64,000 nucleotides of DNA from Bugula neritina (taxonomy: Eukaryota; Animalia; Bryozoa), in the NCBI GenBank assembly GCA_964035545.1, contig OZ037767.1, positions 18,320,259-18,384,258 of the forward strand. The letters run 5' to 3'. Position 1 is the stretch's first letter. Every line of letters begins with the position of its first letter. A program made the translations under genes and the position numbers. The notes below the pieces were generated by a model. It worked only from the letters and a program-made list of their open reading frames with translations. It was not told the DNA's origin and ran no database searches. Positions 1 to 14,393 of the stretch are shown piece by piece.

Positions 1-3000
1 TATACTGTAATATACAGAAACGTACTGTAACATACTGAAACATACTGCAACATACTGAAATGTACTGCAACATACTACAACATACTGAAACATACTGAAA
101 CATACCGAAATATACTGCAACATACTGAAATATACTTCAACATACTGATATATACTGCAGCATACTGCAACACACGGAAACTTGCTGTAACATATTGAAA
201 TGCACTGCAACATACTGAAATACACTGCAATATACCTAAATATATGGTAATATACTGAAATATACCGTAACTTATTGAAAAACAATGCAACATACAGAAA
301 TATACTGTAACACATTGAAATATACTGCAACATACTGAAATATACTGTAACATACTGAAACATACTGCAACACACTGAAGTATACTGCAACATACCTAAA
401 TAAACTGCAAGATACTGCAACATACTGAAATATACTGTAACATATTGAAATACACTGCAACATACTGCAACATACTGCAACATTTTGAATTACATTGTGA
501 CATACTGAAATACACTGCAACACATTGAAACATACTGCAACACACTGAAACATACTTCAACATACTGAAATATACTGCAAGATATCGAAGTATATCGTAA
601 TATACGGACATGTACTGTAACATACTAAAACATACTGAAACATACTGAAACATACTGAAACATACTGAAACATACTAAAACATACTGGAACATACCGAAA
701 CATACTGCAACATAATGAAATATACTGTAACACACTGAATTATATGGCAAAATACTGAATTATGTTGTAGCATACTGAAACACATTGCAACATACTGAAA
801 TATACTTCAACATACTGAAATGTACTGCAACATACTGCAACAGGCGGAAATTTGCTGTAACATATTGAAATGCACTGCAACATACTGAAATACACTGCAA
901 CATACCTAAATATACGGTATCATATTGAAATATACTGCAACACATTGAAATATACTGCAACATACTGATATACGCTGTAGGACACTGAAAAACAGTGCAA
1001 CTCATTGAAATATAGTGTAATATACGGAAATGTACTGTAACATACTGAAATATACCGCAACATACTGAAATACACGGTAACATACTGAAATATACTGCAA
1101 CATACTGAAATACACTGTTACATACTGAAATATACTGCAACATACTGCAACATACTGAAATACACTGTAACACACTGAAATACACTGCAACATACTACAA
1201 CATATTGAAATACACTGCAACACATCAAAATATACTGCAACATACTGCAACATACTGAATTACACTGTGACATACTGAAATACACTGCAACACATTGAAA
1301 TATACTGCAACAGACTGAAACATACTTCAACATACTGAAATATACTGCAAGATATCGAAATATATTGTAATATACGGACATGTACTGTAACATACTGAAA
1401 CATACTGAAACATACTAAAACATACTAAAATATACCGGAACATACCGAAAAATACTGCAACATACTGAAATATACTGTAACGCACTGAATTATATGGCAA
1501 AATACTGAATTATGTTGTAACATACTGAAACATACTGCAACATACTGAAAGATACTTCAACATACTGTAATATACTGAAATATATCGTAACATAATGAAA
1601 CATACTGTTACATACTGGAATATATTGTAACATGATTGAAATATATTGTAACAAACTGAAATATACTGTGACATACTGAAATAGGATGCAATTGACTGTT
1701 ATATACTGCAACATACTTAAATATTTTGCAATATACTGAAAGATACTGGAACATACTGAATTTTACTGCAACATACTGATATATACTGCAACACAGTGAT
1801 ATATACTGTAAAAAACTGAATTAAACTGTAACATGCTGAAATATACTGTAACAAACTGAAATGTACTGCAGATTCTGTAATAATTTGCTGCATACTAATA
1901 TATACTGCAACATACTGAATTATACTGCTACATACGTAATATACGGTAACACACCAACATATTATACCGTAACCTGTAGAAACATGTTGTGACATATTGA
2001 AATACACTGAAACATACTGAAATATACTGCAACATACTGATATATACAGCAACATACTGATATGCACTGCAACATACTGAAATATACTGTAACATACTGA
2101 AATACACTGCAACATACTACAACATACTGAAATACACTGTAACATATTGAAATACACTGCAACACTTTGAAATATACTGCAACATACCGAAATATATGGC
2201 AAACTACTGAAACATACTGTAACACAATGAAAAATACTGCAACATACCGAAATAGACTGTAACACACTTAAATATACTGCAACATACTGAAATAAACTTT
2301 AACATACTGAAATAGACTGCAACATACTGCAAATTACTGAAATACACGGTAACATACTGAAACACACTGCAACATACTGCAAATTACTGAATTACACTGT
2401 AACATACTGAAATACACTGCAACATACTACAACATACTGAAAGACACTGTAACATATTGAAATACACTGCAACACATTGAAATATACTGCAACACACTGA
2501 AACATCTGACAACATACTGAAATATACTGCGAGACATTGAAATATACTGCAACATAGTGAAATATGCTGTAACATACTGAAATATACCGCAACAGATCGA
2601 AGTATATCGTAATATACGGACATGTACTGTAACATACTGAAACATACTGAAACATATTAAGATATACTGGAACATATCGAAACATACTGCAACATACTGA
2701 AATACACTGTAACATACTGAAATAGGATGCAATTGACTGTTATATACTGCAACATACTTAAATGTTTTGCAATATACTGAAAGATACTGGAACATACTGA
2801 ATTTTACTGCAACATACTGAACTATACTGTAACATACGTAATCTACTGTAACATACTGAAATATAATGTACCAGGCTGAAACATATTGTAACATACTGAA
2901 ATACACTGTAATACTGAAATATACTGCAATATACTGATATATACTGCAACACACTGATATATACTGCAACACAGTGAAATAAACTGTAAAAAAACTGAAT

Positions 3001-6000
3001 TAAACTGTAACATACTGAAATATACTGTAACATACTGAAAAACACTGCAACATACTGCAACATACTGCAACATACTGAATTACACTGTGACATACTGGAA
3101 TACACTGCAACACATTGAAACATACTGCAACACACTGAAACATACTTCAACATACTGAAATATACTGCAAGATAACGAAGTATATCGTAATATACGGACA
3201 TGTACTGTAACATACTGAAACATATTGAAACATACTGAAACATACTAAAATATACTGGAACACACCAAAACATACTGCAACATAATGAAATATACTGTAA
3301 CACACTGAAATAAATGGCAAACTACTGAATTATGTTGTAACATACTGAAAAATACTGCAACCTACTGAAATATACTGTAACACATTGAAAAACACTGCAA
3401 CATACTAAAATATACTGCAAGATGCTGCAACATACTGAAATACACTGTAACATACTGAAATACACTGCAACATACTACAACATATTGAAATACACTGTAA
3501 CATATTGAAATACACTGCAACACATTGAAATAAACTGCAACATTTTGAAATATATGGTAACTACTGAAATATACTGCAACATACTGCAACATACTGCAAC
3601 ATACTGAAATACACTGTAACATATTGAAATACACTGCAACACAGTGAAATATACTGCAACACACTTAAACATCTGACAACATACTGAAATATTCTGCGAG
3701 ACATTGAAATATACTGCAACATAGTGAAATATGCTGTAACATACTGAAATATACCGCAATAGATCGAAGTATATCGTAATATACGGACATGTACTGTAAC
3801 ATACTGAAACATACTGAAACATACTGAAACATACCAAAAGATACTGCAACATACTGAAATATACTTCAACATACTGAAATATACTGCAGCATACTGCAAC
3901 ACACGGAAACTTGCTGTAACATATTGAAATGCACTGCAACATACTGAAATACACTGCAATATACCTAAATATATGGTAATATACTGAAATATACCGTAAC
4001 TTATTCAAAAACAATGCAACATACAGAAATATACTGTAACACATTGAAATATACTGCAACATACTGAAATATACTGTAACATACTGAAACATACTGCAAC
4101 ACACTGAAGTATACTGCAACATACCTAAATAAACTGCAAGATACTGCAACATACTGAAATATACTGTAACATATTGAAATACACTGCAACATACTGCAAC
4201 ATACTGCAACATTTTGAAATACACTGTGACATACTGAAATACACTGCAACACATTGAAACATACTGCAACACACTGAAACATACTTCAACATACTGAAAT
4301 ATACTGCAAGATATCGAAGTATATCGTAATATACGGACATGTACTGTAACATACTAAAACATACTGAAACATACTGAAACATACTGAAACATACTGAAAC
4401 ATACTAAAACATACTGGAACATACCGAAACATACTGCAACATAATGAAATATACTGTAACACACTGAATTATATGGCAAAATACTGAATTATGTTGTAGC
4501 ATACTGAAACACATTGCAACATACTGAAATATACTTCAACATACTGAAATATACTGCAACATACTGCAACAGACGGAAATTTGCTGAAACATATTGAAAC
4601 GCACTGCAACATACTGAAATACACTGCAACATACCTAAATATACGGTAACATATTGAAATATACTGCAACACATTGAAATATACTGCAACATACTGATAT
4701 AAGCTGTAGGACACTGAAAAACAGTGCAACTCATTGAAATATAGTGTAATATACGGAAATGTACTGTAACATACTGAAATATACCGCAACATACTGAAAT
4801 ACACGGTAACATACTGAAATATGCTGCAACATACTGAAATACACTGTTACATACTGAAATATACTGCAACATACTGCAACATACTGAAATACACTGTAAC
4901 ACACTGAAATACACTGCAACATACTACAACATATTGAAATACACTGCAACACATCAAAATATACTGCAACATACTGCAACATACTGAATTACACTGTGAC
5001 ATACTGAAATACACTGCAACACATTGAAATATACTGCAACACACTGAAACATACTTCAACATACTGAAATATACTGCAAGATATCGAAATATATTGTAAT
5101 ATACGGACATGTACTGTAACATACTGAAACATACTGAAACATACTAAAACATACTAAAATATACCGGAACATACCGAAAAATACTGCAACATAATGAAAT
5201 ATACTGTAACGCACTGAATTATATGGCATAATACTGAATTGTGTTGTAACATACTGAAACATACTGCAACATACTGAAAGATACTTCAACATACTGTAAT
5301 ATACTGAAATATATCGTAACATGATTGAAATATATTGTAACAAACTGAAATATACTGTGACATACTGAAATAGGATGCAATTGACTGTTATATACTGCAA
5401 CATACTTAAATGTTTTGCAATATACTGAAAGATGCTGGAACATACTGAATTTTACTGCAACATACTGATATATACTGCAACACAGTGATATATACTGTAA
5501 AAAACTGAATTAAACTGTAACATGCTGAAATATACTGTAACAAACTGAAATGTACTGCAAATTCTGTAATAATTTGCTGCATACTAATATATACTGCAAC
5601 ATACTGAATTATACTGCTACATGCGTAATATACGGTAACACACCAACATATTATACCGTAACCTGTAGAAACATGTTGTGACATATTGAAATACACTGAA
5701 ACATACTGAAATATACTGCAACATACTGATATATACAGCAACATACTGATATGCACTGCAACATACTGAAATATACTGTAACATACTGAAATACACTGCA
5801 ACATACTACAACATACTGAAATACACTGTAACATATTGAAATACACTGCAACACTTTGAAATATACTGCAACATACCGAAATATATGGCAAACTACTGAA
5901 ACATACTGTAACACAATGAAAAATACTGCAACATACCGAAATAGACTGTAACACACTTAAATATACTGCAACATACTGAAATAAACTTTAACATACTGAA

Positions 6001-9000
6001 ATAGACTGCAACATACTGCAAATTACTGAAATACACGGTAACATACTGAAACACACTGCAACATACTGCAAATTACTGAAATACACTGTAACATACTGAA
6101 ATACACTGCAACATACTACAACATACTGAAATACACTGTAACATATTGAAATACACTGCAACACATTGAAATATACTGCAACACACTGAAACATCTGTCA
6201 ACATACTGAAATATACTGCGAGACATTGAAATATACTGCAACATAGTGAAATATGCTGTAACATACTGAAATATACCGCAACAGATCGAAGTATATCGTA
6301 ATATACGGACATGTACTGTAACATACTGAAACATACTGAAACATACTGAAACATACTAAGATATACTGGAACATATCGAAACATACTGCAACATACTGAA
6401 ATACACTGTAACATACTGAAATAGGATGCAATTGACTGTTATATACTGCAACATACTTAAATGTTTTGCAATATACTGAAAGATACTGGAACATACTGAA
6501 TTTTACTGCAACATACTGAACTATACTGTAACATACGTAATCTACTGTAACATACTGAAATATAATGTACCAGGCTGAAACATATTGTAACATACTGAAA
6601 TACACTGTAATACTGAAATATACTGCAATATACTGATATATACTGCAACACACTGATATATACTGCAACACAGTGAAATAAACTGTAAAAAAACTGAATT
6701 AAACTGTAACATACTGAAATATACTGTAACAAACTGAAATGTACTGCAACATTCTGTAATAATTTGCTGCATACTGATATATACTGCAACATACTGAATT
6801 ATACTGCTACATACGTAATATACGGTAACACACCAACATATTATACCGTGTGTTGTGACATATTGAAATACACTGAAACATACTGAAATATACTGCAACA
6901 TACTGATATATACAGCAACATACTGATATGCAATGCAACATACTGAAATATACTGTATCGTACTGAAATACACTGTAACATACTGAATCGTACTGTAACA
7001 CATTAAATATAATATTCTAACATAATGAAATATACTGTAATATACTAAAATATACTATAACATACTAAAATATACAGCTGCATACTGATATATACTGCAA
7101 CATACTGCAACATACTGCAACATACTGCAACGCACTGGAATATACTGCCACACAGGTAATATACAGTAACACATCGAAATGTACCGTAACTTGTTGAAAT
7201 ATATTCTAACATATCGAAATACACTGAAACATACTGAAATATACCCCAACATATGATATATACCGCAACATACTGATATATACTGCAGCAAACTGAAATA
7301 TATTGTAACATAATGAAACATACTGTTACATACTGGAATATATTGTTACATAATGAAATATATTGTAACAAACTGAAATATACTGTGACATACTGAAATA
7401 GGCTGCAACAGACTGTTATACACTGTAACATACTGAAAGATACTGCAACATGCTGAATTTTACTGCAACATACTGAAATATACTGCAACATACGTAGTCT
7501 ACCGTAACATACTAAAATATAATGTAACAGGCTGAAATATATTCTATCATACTGAAATACACTGCAATACTGAAACATACTGCCACACACTGATATATAC
7601 TGCAACACATTGAAATATACTGTAAAATACTGAAATAAACTGTAACATACGGAAATATATTGTGACATACTGAAATACATTGAAACATTCTGAAATATAC
7701 TGCAACATACTGATATATATTGCAACACACTGATATATACTGCAATACACTGAAATATACTGTGAAATACTAAAATAGACTCTAACATACTGAAGTACAC
7801 TGTAACATACTGAAATATACTGTAACCTACTGAAATAAACTGCAAGATACTGAAATATACTACAACATGCTGATATATGAATACTAAAACATACTGAATC
7901 TTACTGTAACACGTTAAATATATTCTAACATAATGAAATATACTGTATTATACTAAAATATACTGCAACAAACTGAAATATGCTGCAACAGACTGACATA
8001 TACTGCAGCACACTGAAATTTCTTGCAACATACTGAAAGATACTGCAACATACTGAATTATACTGCAACATACTGAATGTACTCCAAAATACTGGTATGC
8101 CTTGCAACATACTGAAATACAGTGCAAAATGCATGAGACATGCGGTAACATACTGAAAAATACTGTAACATTCTAAAATGTACTTTAAAATATTAAAATA
8201 TACTGTAGCATACTGAATTGCACTGCAACATACGTAATATACAGTAACATACTGAAACATACCGTAACTCGCTAAATTACATTGTAACATACTGAAATAC
8301 ATGGAAACAATCTGAAATATACTGCAACATACCTAAATATTTTGCAATATACTAAAAGGAACTGGAACATAATGAATTTCACTGCAACATACTGAAATAT
8401 ACTGTAACATACGTAATTTACTGTAACATACTGAATTATACTGCAAGATACTGAAATATACTACAACATGCTGATATATGTATACTAAAACATACTGAAT
8501 CGTACTGTAACATATCAAATATATTCTAACATGATGAAATATACTGTAATATACTGAAATATATCGTAACTTAATGAAACATACTGTATAACATACTAGA
8601 GAATATTGTAACATAATGAAATATATTGTAATAAACTGAAATATACTACAACATACTGAAATATGCTGCAACTGACTGATATATACTGCAACATACTGAA
8701 AGATATTGCAACATACTGAATTATACTGCAAAATACTGAATTTTACTGCAACATACTGAAATACACTGCAACATACCGAATGTACTCCAAAATACTGGAA
8801 TACCTTGCGACATATTGAAATACAGTGCAAAATACATGAAACACGCGTTAACATACTGAAATATACTGCAACATACTGATATATACTGCAATACACTGTA
8901 ACATTATGAAATATACTGTAACATACTGAAGTATACTGCAAGATACTGAAATATACTACAACATGCTGATATACGTATACTAAAACATACTGAAATGGAC

Positions 9001-9750
9001 TGTAACATATTAAATATATTCCAACATAATGAAATATACTGTAATATACTTAAATATACTGCTGCATACTGATATATACTGCAGCATACTGAAACACCTT
9101 GCAACATACTGATATATACTGCAACATACTGCAATATACTGTAAAATACTGAAATATACCCCAACATACTGATATATACAGCAACATACTGATATACACT
9201 GCAACATACTGAAATACACTGTAACATACTGAATTGTACTGTAGCACACTGAAATAAACGGCAACATACTAAAATGTGCTGTAACATAATGAAATATACT
9301 GGAACAAACTGAAAAATACTGGAACATAATGAAATATACTGAGACATACTGAAATACACTGTTACATTTTGAAATATATTGTAACCTATTGAATTATACT
9401 GTAACATACTGAAACATACTGCAACATACTGATATATACCGCAACATACTGATATACACTGCAACATACTGAAATATACTGTAACATACTGAAATATATC
9501 GTGTCATAACGAAATATACTGTGACATACTGGAATATATTGTAACATCCTGAAATATCTTGCAACATACCGAAAGGTACTGCAACATTATGAATTATACT
9601 GCAACATACCGAAATATACTACAACATGCTTATATATGTATACTAAAACATACTGAAATCTACTGTAACATGTTAAAGTATATTATAACATAATGAAATA
9701 TACAGTAATATACTGAAAAACACTGTAACCTACTGAATAGTACTGTAGCA
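1..9750. repeat. 10-bp tandem satellite (CATACTGAAA/TATACTGCAA/CATACTGTAA variants) with higher-order structure
   Basis: Continuous 10-bp periodicity that becomes more degenerate toward 9.7 kb. The many minus-strand C/S/I/F/Q/Y/V ORFs here are translations of the repeat. Confidence 0.97.
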
Positions 9751-10149
9751 CACAACTGGCACAGCCAGGTAGTGTCTGGTGCTGACGGTTGGCTGAAATG
9801 TACTCAGCCTCCGTCGATGATAGGGCGATTGTTGTCCCATTTTGATCCAGCTAATGGGGTTTGCTAGCTAAGAATACATTTTAGATGTAGGATGACGGTT
9901 CTCATCATTTTCTGCATTGGACCACTGCTTAGATTGTGCCTGGCGAGTGTTCTTGCCATTGAGCGTGGCTTTAAAACATCGCTGGCTAGACATGCAACGT
10001 GATTCACAGTCATCAATGCCATACCTCACAAGTGGTTTGATGGTACCCTCGAATTTACAAACAGGCTGTGTTGCCTCAGATATATTAACAGGTATTGTCT
10101 CGTTATTATTTAACATTGGTTTTGGTATTCTCTGTGAAATACTACTTTG

Positions 10150-10786
10150 TTAGTTGCTGGGTCTAACAAGCGATATGCTTTGGACTTAAGACTATACCCT
10201 GCTAAGAAGATCTGTTCAGCTTTTTTATCAAACTTCTTTCGCAGTTACTTAAGTACACGTGCATATGCTGTTGAACCAAATACTCGTAGATTACCAATAT
10301 CAAGCTCAAGGTCATACCACAGTTAATACAAAGTTGTCATCACTTTGTGAGCACTCGTGGGAACAAGATTTCGCACATAAACAGCAGTGCTCAGCGCCTC
10401 TGCCCAGAGAGACTTTGATAGCCCTGACTTTATGATCATTGCCCTTGCAGCCTCACATACTGTACGGTTAAAGCACACAGTAATACTATTTTGCTGAGAG
10501 GCATAACACACTCTCAGCTCATGGTGAATATCTTCAGAGCGTAGATATTGTTCAAACTGATCAAACATATATTCACCACCCCCTCTCCCCCATCACATTG
10601 TAGGGTACCGATGGTTTGGCCTGCTTTATTTGTCACTAGAGCTTGGTATTCTTGAAAAACTGAAGATACATCAGATTTATGCTTGATAGAGTATTCATGA
10701 GTAAACCTATAATAATCATCAATGAATGACACAAAGTACCTACTGCCACTAATGAATGCAGTTTGCATGAGACCACATACCTCTGA
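10150..10786 (-). pseudogene. Copia integrase core and SH3-like domain, frameshifted
   Basis: SEVCGLMQTAFISGSRYFVSFIDD, then QQNSITVCFNRTVCEAARAM (ORFs 10514-10768 and 10323-10568). Confidence 0.88.
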
Positions 10787-12135
10787 TTACTTCTGATGAG
10801 CTAGAACGCTCTTGACCATCATATGACGCTAGTAAAGCGCCTCATGTGTGTGACAGTGAGTGTTCCATTGATTTTCTTTAGTGCTTCCGCATTACCGCTG
10901 ATATTATTCAATTTAGATAGTGATATTTAAAAAGAAAATTGATAGGTAAGCTAGGTAAATCCTCTCATGTCGCGTATCGTTCTTGGTAAGAAACTTTGGT
11001 GGGAACAGCTAGAGCGAGAAGAAATGGAGTTAGGTAAACCTTGGGTTGCTGATCTCGTAGTTACAGACACGAGAGAGCGATTTTTCACAATCTCATCATA
11101 GTCTGATGAAAGTGAACTGTGTGTGGCTTCAGACTGTAGAATACGTGTTAATAGTGTGAGTCTATGATTTTTACGCCTTGCTTGTAATGGTAGTAGACCC
11201 AGTTTGCATCGAGCGTCACTAACACTCTCTCGCCCCTTGAGACCTGATATAAGTCTCACCGCACGGTTCTGAACCGTTTCTATATCATGTATGGTGGTTT
11301 TTAAATAAGAATCCCAGAGGGTATCTGCATACTCCAACAATGGACGGCAGAGGCTGGTGTAAGCCAAGAGTTTGCCATTTTTTGGAGCGTCATGGAGAGC
11401 AAACTTTATTGCTCCCAGGACTCTGCTAGCTTTTTGTGATTTCAGCACAATGTGTTTGTCAAATTTTAGGTTACTCTGCATGGTCACACCAAGATACTTG
11501 ATCTCTTCAGTCCATTGGACAGGTGTACTCTCAAGCTTATAATATGGAAGGCCTGTTTGGCGACCAAATGATATAGCATGGCATTTATTTTCATTAAAAG
11601 GCATCTTCCACTGTTGGGACCAGTTATATACTGCATCGATATTGACCTGGAAGTCTGCAGCATCTGCTTCTGAGTTTACTCTTTTGTACAACAGAGTGTC
11701 GTCTGCATAAAGACTGACACAACAATTGACACAACTTCGTAAATCGTTAATATAAACCATGAATAGTGTTGGTCTTAGTACAGATCCTTGAGGGACGCTC
11801 AATGTTACTGGGAGCTCAGTTGAGCATGAGGCTTTGATTGTAACTCTCTGTTTTCTGTTGGTGATAAAATCTTGAATCCAATTTATAATCTGTGGGTTAA
11901 CTTCTGGAATGCGACGTAGTTTCAGTAGCAGTAAAGAATGGGGGACTTTGTCAAATGCTTTTTTGAAGTCTATAACAATTCCATGTGTGTTTTGTGATTG
12001 GTCGTTCGCTTTGGCAATGTCATGGTACCTTGAGCACAGCTGAGTATCGCATGACATTATCTCCCAAAAACCATGCTGCCTTTTGTGAAGTATATTGTCA
12101 AGAGTTACATTCAGGTAGTGCAGGATTATGTGCTC
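10787..12135 (-). mobile_element. 5'-truncated non-LTR retrotransposon (CR1/L2-group-like RT) inserted in the Copia integrase
   Basis: RT motifs RQHGF, IDFKKAFDKVPH, VPQGSVL, LYADDT, KYLGV. Short 3' UTR ending ATCAGAAGTAATCAGA. Removing it rejoins Copia LELEH to SEVCG. Confidence 0.88.
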
Positions 12136-12321
12136 AAGCTCTAAGGAATGGGTGGACTTGATTTGATCTTTAGATTTAAATAGCTTTTGAGTCATTTTAC
12201 CTTTAATACATGGAGCACACATGCCTACACTTACATCAGATAAGTCAGCACCTGTAACAAGCTGTTCACTAGCCATGCATTTGATTGTAGCATTATTGAT
12301 ATAATGAGTCTCTGGTGCCAT
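10951..12321 (-). CDS. Chimeric 456-aa ORF: Copia pre-integrase/zinc-binding segment fused in frame to LINE reverse transcriptase
   Basis: The first ~62 aa are Copia (CAPCIKGKMTQKLFKSKDQIKSTHSLELEH); the rest is LINE RT with no stops. No evidence of expression. Confidence 0.6.
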   Translation of the reverse strand: MAPETHYINNATIKCMASEQLVTGADLSDVSVGMCAPCIKGKMTQKLFKSKDQIKSTHSLELEHIILHYLNVTLDNILHKRQHGFWEIMSCDTQLCSRYHDIAKANDQSQNTHGIVIDFKKAFDKVPHSLLLLKLRRIPEVNPQIINWIQDFITNRKQRVTIKASCSTELPVTLSVPQGSVLRPTLFMVYINDLRSCVNCCVSLYADDTLLYKRVNSEADAADFQVNIDAVYNWSQQWKMPFNENKCHAISFGRQTGLPYYKLESTPVQWTEEIKYLGVTMQSNLKFDKHIVLKSQKASRVLGAIKFALHDAPKNGKLLAYTSLCRPLLEYADTLWDSYLKTTIHDIETVQNRAVRLISGLKGRESVSDARCKLGLLPLQARRKNHRLTLLTRILQSEATHSSLSSDYDEIVKNRSLVSVTTRSATQGLPNSISSRSSCSHQSFLPRTIRDMRGFT

Positions 12322-13560
12322 ACAGTGTTACATGTGAAAAAAAATTTCCTCGTGGTCAGATGACTCCAAATCTAAATAGTATGGCTTACCAATCAGAGTT
12401 CTCATAGTGTGTACTTTGTTTGTCGTATCACAAATCTAGCATAGACTATGGTCAAACTGCATTACCAAGCCTCTACTCACCACAGATCTAACAGAGAACA
12501 GATTTTGTTTCAGGGTGGGTACGTGTAGCACATTGTGGAGAGTTGGTTTTTTGAGCATGACTGATATTTGAATGTTATCAATTTCTACTGCATCAACTAC
12601 TCTACCATCGGCTATGGCTACCTTTTCTGGTTTATGAAACTTGAAATACGTAGTGAAGTCTGACTTGTTGGGCGTCATAGGCCTCCACTGTCAATAAGCC
12701 AAGAATTGACTGTGTTGCTGTCATTCACTTCTTCCACAGAAAAAGGCATTTCTTTGTGTTCATCTTCAGCTGGTTTACTGTGACTCTCAGCAGCTAATTT
12801 TGCTTTGTGATGCCCTCGGCTGCCACACCCACAGCCTCTTCCTTGACCACGCCCACGATGACCAAAATTATTATGTGGTTGAGGACATTCTCTAGCCATA
12901 TGATTTGGCGAGTCACAGTTAAAACACCTTCTCTCATTCTTGAAATATAATACAGTTTCAGAACTAGCATATGTTCGGACACCGGGCAGCCCCAGGACTC
13001 TTTGCCCTTGCTTTTGCTCTTCATTAAGCAATGAATTCTGGATAAATTTTAGTGTTAATGTCTCTGGTTATTGTGCTTCTAAAGCTGTCACGACTGTAGC
13101 ATATGTTTTAGGTAGACTCCCGAGAAATATTACAATTTGATCTTCCTCATTTTTGTCAACTTTTAAATCACTAAGTTTATTAACAATGTCCTTCATATGC
13201 TTGAGGTGTGCTTCTACTGACTCACCATCTTTCATGGCAGCTCTAAAATACTGTTTCTTTAAATATATTTGATTTGCTAAAGTATCCCTTTTAAAGTGTG
13301 ATTGAAGTGCATCCCAGGCAGCATTTGCAGTGTCACAACTAGTTGTCTAATATGTGTATTCATCACTTACTGCTAGTACTTTTTATTTAACTTGCAAGCC
13401 TTCTTCACTGCTGCACTCTTACCACTTACTGGTTCTTCAGCAGTTCCATCACATAATTCAAAGAGTTCTTTTGCTATGAGGAGATGCTCAAGCCTAAACT
13501 TCCATGTAGAATAGTTGGTAGCTGTCAGCTTGGTTACTAGAAGCTTCTGATCATCTGTCC
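12322..13560 (-). pseudogene. gag: Copia gag and aspartic protease, with stops and frameshifts
   Basis: Motifs distributed over several frames (ORFs 12675-13031 and 12436-12678 plus unlisted frames). Confidence 0.85.
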
Positions 13561-13596
13561 TCAGTTAGTTCACTGTTTGGGACTAAATTACTACTT

Positions 13597-14025
13597 TTCT
13601 GAGTATTGGTTACTACTATAGTTCTGAGAATTGGTTACTACTATAGTTCTGAGTATTGGTTACTACTATAGTTCTAAGTATTGGTTACTACTATAGTTCT
13701 GAGTATTGGTTACTACTATAGTTCTGAGTATTGGTTACTACTATAGTTCTGAGTATTGGTTACTACTATAGTTCTGAGTATTGGTTACTACTATAGTTCT
13801 GAGTATTGGTTACTACTATAGTTCTGGGTATTGGTTACTACTTTAGTTCTGAGTATTGGTTACTACTATAGTTCTGAGAATTGGTTACTACTATAGTTCT
13901 GAGTATTGGTTACTACTATAGTTCTGAGTATTGGTTACTACTATAGTTCTGAGTATTGGTTACTACTATAGTTCTGAGTATTGGTTACTACTATAGTTCT
14001 GAGTATTGGTTACTACTATAGTTCT
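13597..14025. repeat. 25-bp minisatellite (GTTCTGAGTATTGGTTACTACTATA), left part, ~17 units
   Basis: Near-perfect tandem units with no spacers. Confidence 0.97.
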
Positions 14026-14134
14026 TGTAAGAGGTGGACTCGGTATTTGGTACGAGGTCACGCGAGAGTGGAGAGGAGACCGGCGAGGCATTCTATGCTT
14101 AGCGCTACTTAAGGTTAGTCGACTTATTGTTACG
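14026..14134 (+). repeat. 5' LTR (TGTAA...TTACG)
   Basis: Identical to 23020-23128. Confidence 0.96.
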
Positions 14135-14147
14135 TGGTGTCAGAAGT
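14135..14147 (+). promoter_or_regulatory. Primer-binding site TGGTGTCAGAAGT (tRNA-Leu CAA type)
   Basis: Directly follows the 5' LTR and is complementary to the 3' end of tRNA-Leu(CAA). Confidence 0.88.
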
Positions 14148-14393
14148 AAACTCGATTGTGTTATTGCCGTCTGGTAGAAGTTTGGTCCAAGTTGCGAGGT
14201 TGAATAGAACCTATTAGAAACTTCCGTCGATTGACGTGTGAGGGTTGGGAAGAACCCACTTCAGTAAGTTTATGTGAGCTTTTACTCACTGTAACTGTAA
14301 TCAGGATTGTTGATTGTTTAAATTATAAGTCAGGCTAATCACATTGAATATTGTATCGTTTGTAAGAATTTTTGTACTAAAGTAAAAGTAAAG

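Larger units (their letters stand above)
9780..13565 (-). mobile_element. Decayed Ty1/Copia LTR retrotransposon (gag-protease-integrase; RT/RNase H and LTRs not found), interrupted by a LINE
   Basis: Gag N-terminus KLTATNYSTWKFRLEHLLIAKEL (~13530). Gag core DTANAAWDALQSHF...IFLGSLPKTYATVVTALE. CCHC knuckle CFNCDSPNHMAREC. Protease WLIDSG. Pre-integrase CAPCIKGKM. Integrase RYFVSFIDD...LWAEALSTAVYVRN. SH3-like GYSLKSKAYRL. PR-IN order is diagnostic of Copia. Confidence 0.9.

Noticed and set aside
75-9467. Dozens of Cys/Tyr/Val-rich minus-strand ORFs
   Set aside because: Overlapping translations in all three frames of a 10-bp satellite that is poor in stop codons.
13597-14025. 25-bp repeats resembling a CRISPR array (also 23129-23469 and 56457-58520)
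   Set aside because: No unique spacers, no cas genes, and a eukaryotic context.
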